The position numbers were made by a program, and so were the translations under genes. Below, piece after piece: positions 1 through 12,686 of a DNA stretch of 64,000 nt. Position 1 is the stretch's first letter, and each line of letters opens with the position of its first letter. The DNA comes from Octopus bimaculoides (taxonomy: Eukaryota), in assembly GCF_001194135.2 (NCBI RefSeq), contig NC_068992.1, forward strand, positions 19,740,581 to 19,804,580, given 5' to 3'. The notes under the pieces were generated by a model. The model worked only from the letters and a program-made list of their open reading frames with translations. It did no database searches and was not told where the DNA came from.

Positions 1-204
1 TATATATATATATATATATGTCTATATATGTATATATACACACATGCTCATGTAAATATTTTTGCATGATACGTATAGCATATACATACAAAATACACAC
101 GCACACATTATATATATATGTATATATTCGCTTACAAATACACACTCGCAAACGCACGCACACACACACACACACATACACACATACGCGCGAGCACGCA
201 AAGA

Positions 205-515
205 TACTTTGTCGAATTGCCTGAGTCGTTATGACGTTGGGCAGAATACGTTTGACGCAGAAATTTTTCTTCTTCTTCCCTCTCCCTCGCCCTGAGTTCA
301 AATCGCACCATGACCTTCATGGGTGGTGAGCATCAACTCGGTGCCAGTTAGTCATCACCAGCCTCAACATTGTGTACGTTTTCTGGATCCCCACACTGTC
401 GCAATAATCCGGGCGAGGAAGCCCCTTTCAGGATAGCTCCTTCCCGCCTTCGACATCTCACTTGGAGTCCTGTAAGGGTCACAGGAAGTGCTTTCACCCA
501 CGACTAATAAATGAA
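205..515 (+). mobile_element. Degenerate tRNA-derived SINE-like element (head related to family B, unrelated body)
   Basis: gtcgaattgcctgagtcgttatgacgttgggcagaatacg...ctgagttcaaatcgc loosely aligns to the family B head (ggcgagctggcagaatcgttagcacg...ctgagttcaaattcc) and includes a B-box-like gagttcaaatc. The remainder is GC-richer than the flanks. Confidence 0.3.
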
Positions 516-621
516 TATATACACCCAGACAGGCATATATTAATGTACACATATGTATGTATACATAAACTTATATTATGATATATGCAAGTATATAGAA
601 TGTGAGTGCGCATATATATAT

Positions 622-1491
622 NNNNNNNNNNNNNNNNNNNNNNNNNNNNNNNNNNNNNNNNNNNNNNNNNNNNNNNNNNNNNNNNNNNNNNNNNNNNNNN
701 NNNNNNNNNNNNNNNNNNNNNNNNNNNNNNNNNNNNNNNNNNNNNNNNNNNNNNNNNNNNNNNNNNNNNNNNNNNNNNNNNNNNNNNNNNNNNNNNNNNN
801 NNNNNNNNNNNNNNNNNNNNNNNNNNNNNNNNNNNNNNNNNNNNNNNNNNNNNNNNNNNNNNNNNNNNNNNNNNNNNNNNNNNNNNNNNNNNNNNNNNNN
901 NNNNNNNNNNNNNNNNNNNNNNNNNNNNNNNNNNNNNNNNNNNNNNNNNNNNNNNNNNNNNNNNNNNNNNNNNNNNNNNNNNNNNNNNNNNNNNNNNNNN
1001 NNNNNNNNNNNNNNNNNNNNNNNNNNNNNNNNNNNNNNNNNNNNNNNNNNNNNNNNNNNNNNNNNNNNNNNNNNNNNNNNNNNNNNNNNNNNNNNNNNNN
1101 NNNNNNNNNNNNNNNNNNNNNNNNNNNNNNNNNNNNNNNNNNNNNNNNNNNNNNNNNNNNNNNNNNNNNNNNNNNNNNNNNNNNNNNNNNNNNNNNNNNN
1201 NNNNNNNNNNNNNNNNNNNNNNNNNNNNNNNNNNNNNNNNNNNNNNNNNNNNNNNNNNNNNNNNNNNNNNNNNNNNNNNNNNNNNNNNNNNNNNNNNNNN
1301 NNNNNNNNNNNNNNNNNNNNNNNNNNNNNNNNNNNNNNNNNNNNNNNNNNNNNNNNNNNNNNNNNNNNNNNNNNNNNNNNNNNNNNNNNNNNNNNNNNNN
1401 NNNNNNNNNNNNNNNNNNNNNNNNNNNNNNNNNNNNNNNNNNNNNNNNNNNNNNNNNNNNNNNNNNNNNNNNNNNNNNNNNNNNNNNNNNN
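622..1491. other. Assembly gap (representative; about 19 N-runs in the window, the largest at 622-1491, 17329-17972, 20246-21057, 21905-22518, 27674-28167, 28843-29300, 50860-51758)
   Basis: N runs flanked by (TA)n, (CA)n, (CT)n or (CAC)n. Confidence 0.99.
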
Positions 1492-1586
1492 ACACTTATG
1501 TCCTTTAATTAACTTCTGGCTATTAATAATGATACTTTATATTATAGATACAATAACTGAAATCTTGGAGGCGAGGGCTATTTGAT

Positions 1587-1730
1587 TACATTAACACCAG
1601 CGTTTCGCTAGTACTTAATTTATCGACCCCAAAAGTACGAAAGGTAAAATCGACGTCGGTGGCGTTTGAATTCGGATCGTAGACACGGGCGAAATGCTGC
1701 AATGCTAACGATTCTGCCAGTTTGCAACCA
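1587..1730 (-). mobile_element. SINE family B copy (internally deleted)
   Basis: Reverse complement matches the family B head (ctggcagaatcgttagca) and central module (tttcgtacttttggggtcgataaattaagtac); the head is preceded by (ATT)n on its own strand. Confidence 0.75.
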
Positions 1731-1750
1731 TAATAATAATAATAATAATG

Positions 1751-2109
1751 TGTTGGCACTCCGTCGGTTACGAGGTCGAGGGTTCTAGTTGATCCGATCA
1801 ACGGAACAGCCTGCTCGTGAAATTAACGTGCAAGTGGCTGAGCACTCCACAGACACGTGCACCCTTAACGTAGTTCTCGGGGAGATTCAGCGTGACTTAG
1901 TATGACAAGGCTGACCCTTTGAATTACTGGTACATCAGAAGCAGGAAGTAAGAGTGAGAGAAAGTTGTGGTGAAAGAGTACAGCAGGGTTCACCACCATG
2001 CCCTGCCGCAGCCTCGTGGAGCTTTAGGTGTTTTCGCTCAATAAACACTCACAAGGCCCGGTCTGGGAATCGAAACCGCGATCCTATGACCGCAAGTCCG
2101 TTGCCCTAA
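1751..2109 (-). mobile_element. SINE family A, near full length, 5' end clipped by about 25 nt, embedded in (AAT)n
   Basis: Colinear and highly similar to the full copy at 32133-32525; tail ...cgtaaccgacggagtgccaaca; tRNA-like head with B-box ggtttcgattccc. Confidence 0.92.
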
Positions 2110-2110
2110 T

Positions 2111-2181
<71 letters not shown>

Positions 2182-2192
2182 CAACAACAACG
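2110..2192. repeat. (AAT)n grading into (AAC)n microsatellite
   Basis: Direct reading of the sequence. Confidence 0.97.
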
Positions 2193-3094
2193 ACTTGTTT
2201 TATTTGCCACAAGGATATATTTGAACGGAGTGCATCACAAGGACATTCGACAAGTTTTGTGGTGTGCTTGGATTAAAGAAGGGGGAAGTAATAATTAGAT
2301 GAGATAGTGTAATTGCTCATACATTATGAGAAGTTAACAATGCAACTGCTAAACCAACAGCTAACATAGACATAGATAGATAAATAGATAGATAGATAGA
2401 TAGATAGATATAGTGAAGGAAAATGTAGGTTGTGATAGAAAGTAAGAGAAAAAATAAATTAGATATAATTATATAGAGATTGTCCTCGTGAATATCATTA
2501 AGAAGAAAGTCAAGAAAAATATGAATGCGACATGATATAATGGGAGCGGGTTAATGTATGAGTTTAAGGTCAAAAGATTAAAAAAAAGAGATGAAGACGG
2601 CCCTGAGACCGGGAATTAACGGAAGTTGTGGCGGAAATGAACGAAGACTTTCGACATGCTCAGTGATGTGAGAAACAGGCATTCAGGCCTGGACTAACTG
2701 ATTTTTTGTCTTCTTTTGTATTTTTCTTTATTGTTGTTATTATTATTATTTTTTTTTACTTTTTATTTGCTGGGGCTGATCAATTGACGATATACACACA
2801 TAGATGCAACGTATAAATATGTACACTCGCATATATATCATATACGTATATATATGTAAACATACATTCGTACACACATAAATATTCCTGTTAATATATT
2901 TTTTATTGATTCACGCACAACTGGGCGTAGCGGATCTATATGGACACAGATAAACAGGAAGATATACCCATATAATTAAACGGATCTCCGTCACTTTCGA
3001 CGGTCTCTGCGTTGATTGTGACAATTGAAACGATTGCTCATTCAATGGGTATATAGGTGAATAACTATTCCACAGATCTTTAATCTTTCTTGTG

Positions 3095-3300
3095 TAATTG
3101 GACTTCGGCCATGCTGGAGCACCGCCTAAACGGGTTTGGTTGATAAAATCAAACACAGCAGTTATTACCAATTTATCGAAATGTTATTTTACTAGAATAT
3201 CGTTTGTTAAGCGGTAAGTCCTAGGGGTCATCTCGTTCGACTAAAATTCTTCAAGGCGTGCTCCTCCATGACCACAGTCGAATAACTAAAAGTAGTAGAA
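3095..3300. mobile_element. Two family C SINE 3' tails in inverted orientation
   Basis: Left ggccatgctggagcaccgcc is the minus-strand tail; right ggggtcatctcgttcgactaaaattcttcaaggcgtgctcctccatgaccacagtc is the plus-strand tail. Confidence 0.6.
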
Positions 3301-3475
3301 GATATATGTATATGCATATGTATATATGTAAGATATATTATATTTACTTGTATACATAGACGCATATATACCTGAATATATCAAGTTATCCTGAATTCAA
3401 AGTGGTTAATATCCAATCTTTTGCTCTTGGCCTTTCTGCTCATCCTTATCTTCATACAACAGCAACATCTAGAAG

Positions 3476-3725
<250 letters not shown>

Positions 3726-3789
3726 TATCTGCAGTTATTTGTCACGTGATCGATCACCTTATTTGGATGAGCTTTGTATCGTTTTATCT

Positions 3790-4018
3790 TTCAAATGATG
3801 CCATCCCCCTGGTTAGGTGCGCATTCCAACATATTTCTTTTGATCGGGATGCCTGTCCGTCGCAGAGTTATCCATTTACACTTGAATGGACTGGAGCAAC
3901 GTGAATTGGAGTGTCTCGCTCAAGGACACAAAGTGCCGTCCGGTCCGGAAATCGAACCCCCGATCTAGCTAGCTATCTTGAGTGCATTCACCTTAAACCA
4001 CTGGACAACTCGCCTTCA
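3790..4018 (-). mobile_element. tRNA-derived SINE family E (CORE/V-domain-like body)
   Basis: Minus strand: ggcgagttgtccagtggtttaagg (A-box), gggttcgatttccgg (B-box), ttgtgtccttgagcgagacact (CORE-like), ctgcgacggacaggcatcccgatc (V-domain-like). Domain names are from memory. Confidence 0.7.
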
Positions 4019-4130
4019 AGCAGTTATTTATAAAACATGAATGAAAATGCAATCAATTCTATGCTTGAAAGTTAAAAGGTTAAGATAACTAGACAAAAAT
4101 CATTTCACACCAAACCGCTTTCACACACAA

Positions 4131-4142
4131 ATAATAATAATG

Positions 4143-4205
<63 letters not shown>

Positions 4206-4210
4206 TAACT
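4131..4210. repeat. (AAT)n microsatellite
   Basis: Direct reading. Confidence 0.97.
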
Positions 4211-4721
4211 ATGAAATATGTATTTCCTGATTCATAGTGAGTTTTAATGTTTTCCTTGCTTGTTTTTACGATATGTGTTAGCTGTTCTCACTCGCTCTAT
4301 CTTTCTCTGTCTGTTTCCCTCTTTCCATCACCCTTTCTCCCCCACTCTCTCTCTCTCCCTGCCGTCTTGTATTTGTGTGTCTAGTGATTTATTATTGTTT
4401 TTATTGATGTTGCTGCTTAACCCCAGGTCAGGACCTGTTCAAATAGGTTAGTTCAATGATCAAAGTCGTTTCAACCTATATCATCCTGTCTTTTATTTTT
4501 CCAGACGTTCTGTGTCTAACTATAACTATATCACCCAAAATATATAGCCTTCCTTTATTTATTTATTCATTTATTTTTTTTTTGTTTTTGTTTTCTTTAA
4601 AGACAGTACGTAATCTGAGGGTGATTGCGCTGGAATTTCTAGCCGATCAATAGACAACGCAAATGTTCACACATTAGATAGTATGCGTCTAAGACTTCAC
4701 TTGCATCAGGTAGTGTTGTGT

Positions 4722-4762
<41 letters not shown>

Positions 4763-4854
4763 TGCAAGTGTGTGTTCGTGTGCTATTTTCTGTAAGCATA
4801 AAAGCGTGTATAGTCACGGTTTTGGCATATCTTCGCTTGGTCACCACAAAATTA

Positions 4855-5300
4855 TAACGATGATGATGATAGTGATGAAATTGGCGACGATGACGACGAT
4901 GACGACGATGATGATGATGATGGTTGTGGTGGAGGTATTGTTGTTGGTGGTGGAAGTGTTTGTTGTTGTGGTGTTGTCGATGTTGGTGGCAATGAAGGTG
5001 TCGATGATGATGATGACGTTGGGGATGTTTGTTGATCATGATGTTGATGAAAATGAGGATGATGATGATGATGACAACGGTGATGATATCGAAGATGATG
5101 CTGACTGTAATAATGATGATGGTGATGATGGTGGTGTTGGTGTTGTTGATAATGAAAGTAACGATGTTGATGAGGATGCTGAAATTGATAACGATGATGG
5201 TGATGATGGTGGTGGTGAATGATATTGAAAACGATGAAGGTGGTGGTGTTGAGTCTGTTGATGACGACGATGATGATGATGATCATCATCATCATTTTTA
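4855..5300. repeat. Compound imperfect trinucleotide array (GAT/GGT/GTT/GAC)n
   Basis: About 450 bp of in-phase GAT, GGT and GTT units; this explains the overlapping poly-D, poly-M and poly-H ORFs. Confidence 0.95.
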
Positions 5301-5434
5301 CCGTTACTCAACATCAACACATGACCACCCCTCAGTAACCGTTATTACCATTATCGGCATTCTCTTGGTTTCCCTCTCTTCATACAATTCCGTGACGGAC
5401 CACCAATTTTAAAACGCTTTCGAATTTATTCTTG

Positions 5435-5660
5435 CTAACATGGTTGCATAGTTAAAAGTTCAAAAGCAAATCTGACGGCCCTTGGTTCGATTCCAACGTG
5501 AATTGTTTTGGGCGTGTTGCTTTTTGCAATTTTTACGTACGCATCGTAAACGAAAGTAGGTACACGGAAACATTGTAGAATGTCACTAAATACATACACG
5601 CATACATATTTGTGTGTGTGTGTGTGTGATTTAGTAATATGTATGTGTGCAGGCATTGTG
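5435..5660 (+). mobile_element. Highly degenerate family C SINE 5' half
   Basis: ggttcgattcca B-box, ttgggcgtgttg CORE-like block, acggaaac, then (GT)n. Confidence 0.45.
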
Positions 5661-5697
5661 CATGTACATAAGTATATATGTGAATATATATATAGTC

Positions 5698-5741
<44 letters not shown>

Positions 5742-5751
5742 NNNNNNNNNN

Positions 5752-5791
<40 letters not shown>

Positions 5792-7162
5792 GGCGCTCGC
5801 ACGTGTAACTGTGTGTGTGTGTGTGTGTGCGCGCGTGCGTGCGTTTGGATAGATGAATGGATCAATAAATGTACCTATATCTTTAGGCAATCTATATCAA
5901 TGAATGATAGAAAAATGAGTCAGAGAATTTATCCTCCTGTACTTTCATTCTCAGTTTCTTGTGATATTTGTTGCATCATGTGTCGCAAACACTGAATCAA
6001 CGCCCCTTAGCCTCTCCCTAACAAAACACAATTACGACGTCAAAATTTGCTGCCGATATTTTGAAAACTCTACCAAGAATGTCAAATCTAATTTTTAGAG
6101 TACTGAATGTTAACGCGTCGTTGCTTTATTCGTTACGTTGTCGTTCTTGTAATTTAACGCATAGTGTGTCGTAATTACATATACGTTACGATTAAAAATT
6201 CGATCTGTTTTTTTGTTTGTTAATGGAAGAACAATTTTAAGATTATCTTAGGAGAGAAATCTATATGCGGAAATATTCATGAGTCAGTAAGCCAATTGTT
6301 GTGCAATCATAATATAGTAGATGTGGATCATGGTGAGCCGTCACTGTAACTTTGTCGTTTTTACAAGACACATCTGTAATAGAAGTGTGTCATACGAGGT
6401 AGTTATTCGAAAAGTCAGTTGGTTCTCAGAAGGAAACTAAGAAACTTGTCATAGGAAGTTCTGAAATAAGTATGGTGCAGAATGATTTTTTCAATAAAAT
6501 AAGTTTTGTATGAAAAATCGTGCAGTGTTCTTCATGGTTTTTTCATTCTGATATAACAGCTGTGTTCATTATTAAGAAAACACTACGAGTAAAAGAAATG
6601 GTAATGCCGCCGGCTAAATGTCCTCCAATATATGCATGTAAATTACTTTAAATACTCAGTTAAAATTTTGCGGAAGATTATTTCATACTGCTAAGATATG
6701 AATGGAAATCTTGGCTGCTACTTGATCTGTTGGTAGTTTGCAATCAAATTTCCCTTAAAGCACATACCTGTCTTTAAAATGATAAGGTCACATAGAACAA
6801 CATATATAAACTGAAAGGCAATATGATCATGAAGTTAGGTCTGTTCACTTATTCTTGGGATAATAGCAACTGCCAAAATAGCACTGTGCAAGATCTGAAG
6901 GCCTGTAGGTTTGTATCCATGTAGACAAATCAATATTTAATATTGGGGTCGTTATTTTGTTTAATATATTGACAATGTAGTTGAAATCTGAAAATCTTCT
7001 GGAAAGTTTATACATATAAAGTAAATATGAAAGATATTACTTGGATAAAAGGAATACCAATTTCAAGAATAATAAACTAATTTGGATTCTTAATTACAAT
7101 TTCCTTTCATAGACGTCTGAAATAAGACAATGTGGGAGGAACGCTTTTCTTTAGGGCATTTT

Positions 7163-7201
<39 letters not shown>

Positions 7202-8279
7202 TGTGTATAAATGTGTGTGCATATATAAGTATGTGTGTATATATATGTGGATATATATATATATATATACATATATATAAATATATACATATANNNNNNN
7301 NNNNNNNNNNNNNNNNNNNNNNNNNNNNNNNNNNNNNNNNNNNNNNNNNNNNNNNNNNNNNNNNNNNNNNNNNNNNNNNNNNNNNNNNNNNNNNNNNNNN
7401 NNNNNNNNNNNNNNNNNNNNNNNNNNNNNNNNNNNNNNNNNNNNNNNNNNNNNNNNNNNNNNNNNNNNNNNNNATATATATATAAAGAGAGAGAGATAGG
7501 GGATAGATAGATAGAAAGATAGATAGATAGATAGATAGATATATGAAAGGACAGCAGCTGCTACCGGTATTCAAAGCAATCTTCTAGTGGTGGCTCATCC
7601 TGATCTCACATCCTCTCTACATTACGACACTCATCAGCTAGCTTACTGACTAATGAATACTCCCACTTACAGAGTCAACATTCCTCACTCATCTTATTAC
7701 TATGGTCGGTCATATATCTTCCTGAAAGGCCATTTAATTGATTGATTGACCATGTCTGCTATTATATACAGAGTTCTTTATTTCTTATCAATGAGCTGTT
7801 ACGTACGTCTATTGTAAATTGCATCGATTTCTCTGCGCTCTTTGATACTTATTTCTCCTCCACCCAACACAACATTGATTGTCTATCACTGACATATTAT
7901 AACAATATAATCAGACAGTCTGTTCCTTCTACTCAGGTTGATGAACTTAGAACTTCATTGTTTCTTTTCTAAATCAGTAGAATTAAGTATGTTGTAATTG
8001 ATATGTGGTAGTCAAGTGTGTAGATCTTCCGGTTCTGCGTTCATATCCAACCTATATCGTATTATTTGCTTTCCTTTCTTTTAGTGTTGAGAATAAATAG
8101 TTGCAGCATAATATATGATTTCGTCGGAACTCATCAACTCCATAAATTTCTTTGAACAAAACTTTTTCAAGAAGTTGGAGTATACATAACATTACTTTGA
8201 AACAGATGTTTTGTAACTTTGATGCTTTGTGGTTAAGGTATAAGCAAAAGTGAAATACAGAAAAAAAAAATGTAAGACA

Positions 8280-8412
8280 CCCAGTCATGAGGTCTTGAGT
8301 TCAATCTCACAACGTGGTACCTAGGGAAAGTATCTGCTATTGTAATATCGGGCCGAGAAAAGCCTTGTAAGCGGATTTGTTTGAAGAAGCTTAAAATAGT
8401 TAGTTAGTTAGT

Positions 8413-8449
<37 letters not shown>

Positions 8450-8630
8450 ATATTTGCCCCCCCCCCATCGCTTGACAACCGATACTGGTTTGTTTACGTC
8501 CCCGAAATTTAGCGGTGCAGCAAAAGTAACCCGATAGAATATGCCCCGGGCTTAAGATAATAAATACTAGGGTCGATTTGCCTTCAAGGCGCACCGCAAT
8601 CCAATGATCAGAAGAAGTAAAAGATAAAAT
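8280..8630 (+). mobile_element. Family C SINE with internal (TTAG)n(GT)n
   Basis: gagttcaatctcacaacgtggtacctagggaaagt, gggccgagaaaagccttgtaagcggattt, ccccatcgcttgacaaccgatactggtttgtttacgtcccc, gatagaat...ggtcgattt, tail aagtaaaaga. Confidence 0.85.
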
Positions 8631-9089
8631 TTAAAGAAAGATATCCAACCAAGATTTCACAGACTCAGTTGTCTTCTCCGAAGTTCCTGCATCGTTCAGT
8701 GAAGTGGATGGAGCAATGTCTCCAAATCTTTACTTCACCACCAAGATTGGTGAGAAGCAAGAAGCTATCCTAGAATTGGACACTGGGCACGTCTGTCTGC
8801 AATAGATTGAACTTTGCTAAGGCAGCTACGGTCCTAAGGTCTATGTATTGGTATAAAACAAAAACTCACACGAAATATGCTACCCGAGTATGTAAGAACG
8901 GGAAGAGTCAGAATAATGTTAATACGCATTCCAATTAACTTTATATCGATTACGCTACCGTAGATTGGTATTTTATTTATCGACCCTGGAAATACAAATG
9001 AGAAAAATTGTTTAAATTGTGCACGGCGGGAACTGAACTGAGAACTCTAGAATCTGGAATATTACCAATCTGCCAATTCCTCATTTTAG

Positions 9090-9120
<31 letters not shown>

Positions 9121-9443
9121 NNNNNNNNNNNNNNNNNNNNNNNNNNNNNNNNNNNNNNNNNNNNNNNNNNNNNNNNNNNNNNNNNNNNNNNNNNNNNNNN
9201 NNNNNNNNNNNNNNNNNNNNNNNNNNNNNNNNNNNNNNNNNNNNNNNNNNNNNNNNNNNNNNNNNNNNNNNNNNNNNNNNNNNNNNNNNNNNNNNNNNNN
9301 NNNNNNNNNNNNNNNNNNNNNNNNNNNNNNNNNNNNNNNNNNNNNNNNNNNNNNNNNNNNNNNNNNNNNNNNNNNNNNNNNNNNNNNNNNNNNNNNNNNN
9401 NNNNNNNNNNNNNNNNNNNNNNNNNNNNNNNNNNNNNNNNNNN

Positions 9444-9495
<52 letters not shown>

Positions 9496-10294
9496 GTGTG
9501 TGTGTGTGTGTGTTAGCTCTAAGTGCTTGACCATTTTATTAGATTCAGATGTATATGATGTTAAGCGTATCATGGTCTCCTTCCCAATGAAGCACTCAAC
9601 TTTAAAGCTACAAATGTATGCAAGACACGTAGTTCCCTATCGTAGCATGCTCCAAGCCACGCAGTCCCCGTTATTTAATTTCAGCACTTTACAAACATCT
9701 AAAGGCATCTACTACATAATTTCCCGGGAAACACTTAGACCGGTCTCTTGACATCTCATCTCAGCTATAGCAATCATTGTAGAAATATTGCCTTATGGTG
9801 TGATTAACCTTCTTGTTTCATTAAGTCACACTGTATTAAGGGAGATTTTATATATTTTATTATATCGATCATTATATATTAAGAAAGGGCAATTCTGTTG
9901 TTATCTGCAGAAAGATGAATACAAACGCCAGCTTAGATAATAATTAATTTTTCTCTTTAAAATAATTAACATTAAGGGCACGTGAACTAGTAGTTAGGGT
10001 GTTATGGCTGTCTATTTGATGGAGAGGTTGAGCTTATGACAGATAAGTCCACAAATATCTAGCATAGCCATTCCGAGTAAATTATAACTTAAATTCATGA
10101 GACCAGTTGACTTGAGATGAACCACTTAGGTACTATCATTTTGCATGCGACACGAATATCTGATTTGACATAATTTGTTGTAGTATTAAACCGAATTTTC
10201 TCAAACAGAAGAATAGTCCAAGAAATCAAGTTTAGTGTGTTTGTAGCTAATATCTTATCCAATATTAAGGCTACGAAGTAACAGAACCATTAAC

Positions 10295-10480
10295 GCCAGG
10301 CAGAATGCTTAACGGCGTTTCGTTTGTCTTTGCGTGCTGAGTTCAAATTCCACTGAAGTCGAACCTGCCTCTAAGAGTCGAAAAAATAAGTACCAGTTGA
10401 GTACTGAGGTCGATGTAATTGACGAGCCAGTCACCCCAGCTAAATTGTTAGACTCGTACCAGGATTTGAAATCGATGTCT
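10295..10480 (+). mobile_element. SINE family B (tail type 2)
   Basis: gagttcaaattccactgaagtcgaac, aaaataagtaccagttgagtactgaggtcgatgtaattgac, tail aaattgttagactcgtaccaggatttgaaatc. Confidence 0.8.
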
Positions 10481-12189
10481 TTTCCAACATCAAAGAGTAA
10501 AATAATACACAGCTAGATGACATTTGAATATTCCCTGTGCTAGGAAAACCCTAAGCGCCACTTTCATTGTTGTTCAACCGTTCTTTTTCTAATTCAGCAG
10601 GCTTCAGGCAAACTATAAGTATGGTTAAGAACCCTTATCCCTTCATTTAACGTATTAACAGTGTAACTGTGGGTAGATGCACATTGAAACTGTTCCGAAG
10701 ATTCTACTGGCCAAGTTTTGTCTGCTGCTAGGTTTCATAGAGTTGTTAGCACAAGGGAACTATGAATTTCTTTGCAATGAATCCTTATATTCTTAATAAG
10801 TCCCTATATTCTTGGAAAATAGGAAACCGAATGATGTTCTGCTCATGTAATTTATTTTTTTATCTGAGAGCATTAATGGCAAAAGCAAACGAAAGAAACT
10901 TCAGTTGGAACGAAAAATCGTTTTATAGGTTCGGCTCATCGGTCACTTATCTCTTCCCCAAGGCATATGGAAAATATTGCTTTGTATTTGAGTAGGAACA
11001 GAACCAATGACTTGCTAAGTGGACGCAATATAAAGCATTGAAGTGACCGCATTAACAACTGGCGGTTATTTTCTCGGGCACGAAACGATTGAAATTAGAG
11101 TCGACTGTCCCCTAGCGATATATGAAATGAGGAAACTAAGCCACATTAAATTTATCATTCTATGACTTACATATCTCCCAGAACTGTGGTTTTTCATGTA
11201 GAGGAAATATAGAAGCATATCACATAACAACACATGCAGAAACATTAACCTTTATATATAAAACTACCCCTTTCTATATACTCAGTGACTTTTATTCCAA
11301 ATTCTTTGTGATTCCCATGGTATATATTTCTTCGGTGATAGATAAAGAAAAAGAAACATACAAAATATAAATAAATAAATAAGTTATAGTAACAAAATAT
11401 CAAAACAAAGCAGAAAATGTAAACAACAGCATCATGGTATCATTTACAAGAAAGTATAAAGAAATGCTTATGAGATTGTCTTGGAGAGGTCTCCCATTGT
11501 GAATTAACTACGCATACGAAGATTCTTGAGAATGAACAGGCATCTCAATCTTGACTGGAATGGCTGGAAAATGTAATGTTTCTTAATGTTCCATCAGCAG
11601 TTAACAAAAAGGATTTGCAGCAACGAAAATATAATAATACAACACCAACACCTCAAAAACAAACATAACAGCACCACCACCAACAACAACTACAACAACA
11701 ACACCATCATCACCCCCATATAATCAGACCTTCACCTATTACTTACACTACGATGACGACCACCGCCACCGCCGCCATAACAATCGATCTCCATCTACCC
11801 ACGCCACCATCATCACTAACATACAAGGCGGTAGTACTACCTTCGGTATCAACACCGACATATTCTGCACTAGAAAAACAGAAGAAAAAACAAAAAAACA
11901 AAACAAGCAATAAAAAAATCAATAATAATATTAATAACATGCGCACACATAGACACACGCACGAGCACACACCCACTAAGAAGTATATATTCTTTTATAT
12001 ATTGCATTACGTTGTTCTTGGTGCTGGGGTGTTATTATTGTCTCAAAAGTTACAGCGTCAGAGAAAATACCTTGCGGTATTTGATCTAATTATTTACTGT
12101 CTGAGTTCGTATTCCACCGAAGTCAACTCAGCCACATACATACTTATTACATGTACACACGCTGATATATATATATATATATATATATA

Positions 12190-12219
12190 TTGGCACTCCG
12201 TCAGTTACGACAACGAAGG
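12190..12219 (-). mobile_element. Family A SINE 3' tail fragment after (TA)n (duplicate of 12599-12628)
   Basis: ttggcactccgtcagttacgacaacgaagg is identical to the copy at 12599 and runs into the N-gap. Confidence 0.85.
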
Positions 12220-12312
12220 NNNNNNNNNNNNNNNNNNNNNNNNNNNNNNNNNNNNNNNNNNNNNNNNNNNNNNNNNNNNNNNNNNNNNNNNNNNNNNNNN
12301 NNNNNNNNNNNN

Positions 12313-12576
12313 GTGAAGTATATTTGCCATTTAAATGTGGCTGACCCCTAAGGGTGGATGTTACTGTTGCTTTTAGCCCCAGGAGAACATCTCCTCCAGC
12401 TGGCTTATCGACACACATCTGTGTCGTCGATAAGCCAGCTGGAGGAGATGTTCTCCTGGGGCTATAAGCAACAGTAACATCCACCCTTAGGGGTCAGCCA
12501 CATTTAAATGGCAAATATACTTCACTTTATCGTGCAGTTACTGTTAATACTTCGTTCAGAGATTTAACATTGCTTA
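12313..12576. mobile_element. Near-perfect palindrome made of two inverted copies of a Penelope-like 3' segment (inverted pLTR-like foldback)
   Basis: 12313-12409 pairs with 12429-12525 (97 bp, one T-T mismatch at 12373/12465). The centre is hairpin gacaca-catc-tgtgtc plus a duplicated gtc. The right arm continues to a tail ...cagagatttaacattgctta(TA)n, homologous to 35734-35799 and 35984-36113. The palindrome is directly seen; the PLE assignment is inferred from hammerhead motifs upstream of the homologous segment at 35.9 kb. Confidence 0.75.
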
Positions 12577-12598
12577 TATATATATATATATATATATA

Positions 12599-12641
12599 TT
12601 GGCACTCCGTCAGTTACGACAACGAAGGGTCCAGTTGATCC
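12599..12641 (-). mobile_element. Family A SINE 3' tail fragment (5'-truncated insertion in (TA)n)
   Basis: ttggcactccgtcagttacgacaacgaagggtccagttgatcc matches the family A tail. Confidence 0.9.
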
Positions 12642-12686
12642 ATAGGCAATTAATACGTTAAGTTAATAATAATGTACATATGTATA

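Noticed and set aside
494-1585. Long ORFs of about 200-400 aa here and at other gaps (17.1-18.0, 20.0-21.2, 21.7-23.0, 27.6-29.4, 50.6-51.8 kb)
   Set aside because: They consist mostly of X translated from N-gaps plus microsatellite peptides.
2480-2760. Possible L1/Tx1-like LINE 3' end
   Set aside because: The resemblance is only vague, with no diagnostic motif.
4683-5412. Asp-, His- and Met-rich ORFs in several frames on both strands
   Set aside because: They are translations of a compound (GAT/GGT)n microsatellite, with no splice or domain support.
6400-6430. Mariner-TIR-like acgaggta.tatt.gaaaagtca (also at about 24275-24300)
   Set aside because: No matching opposite TIR or transposase motif was found.
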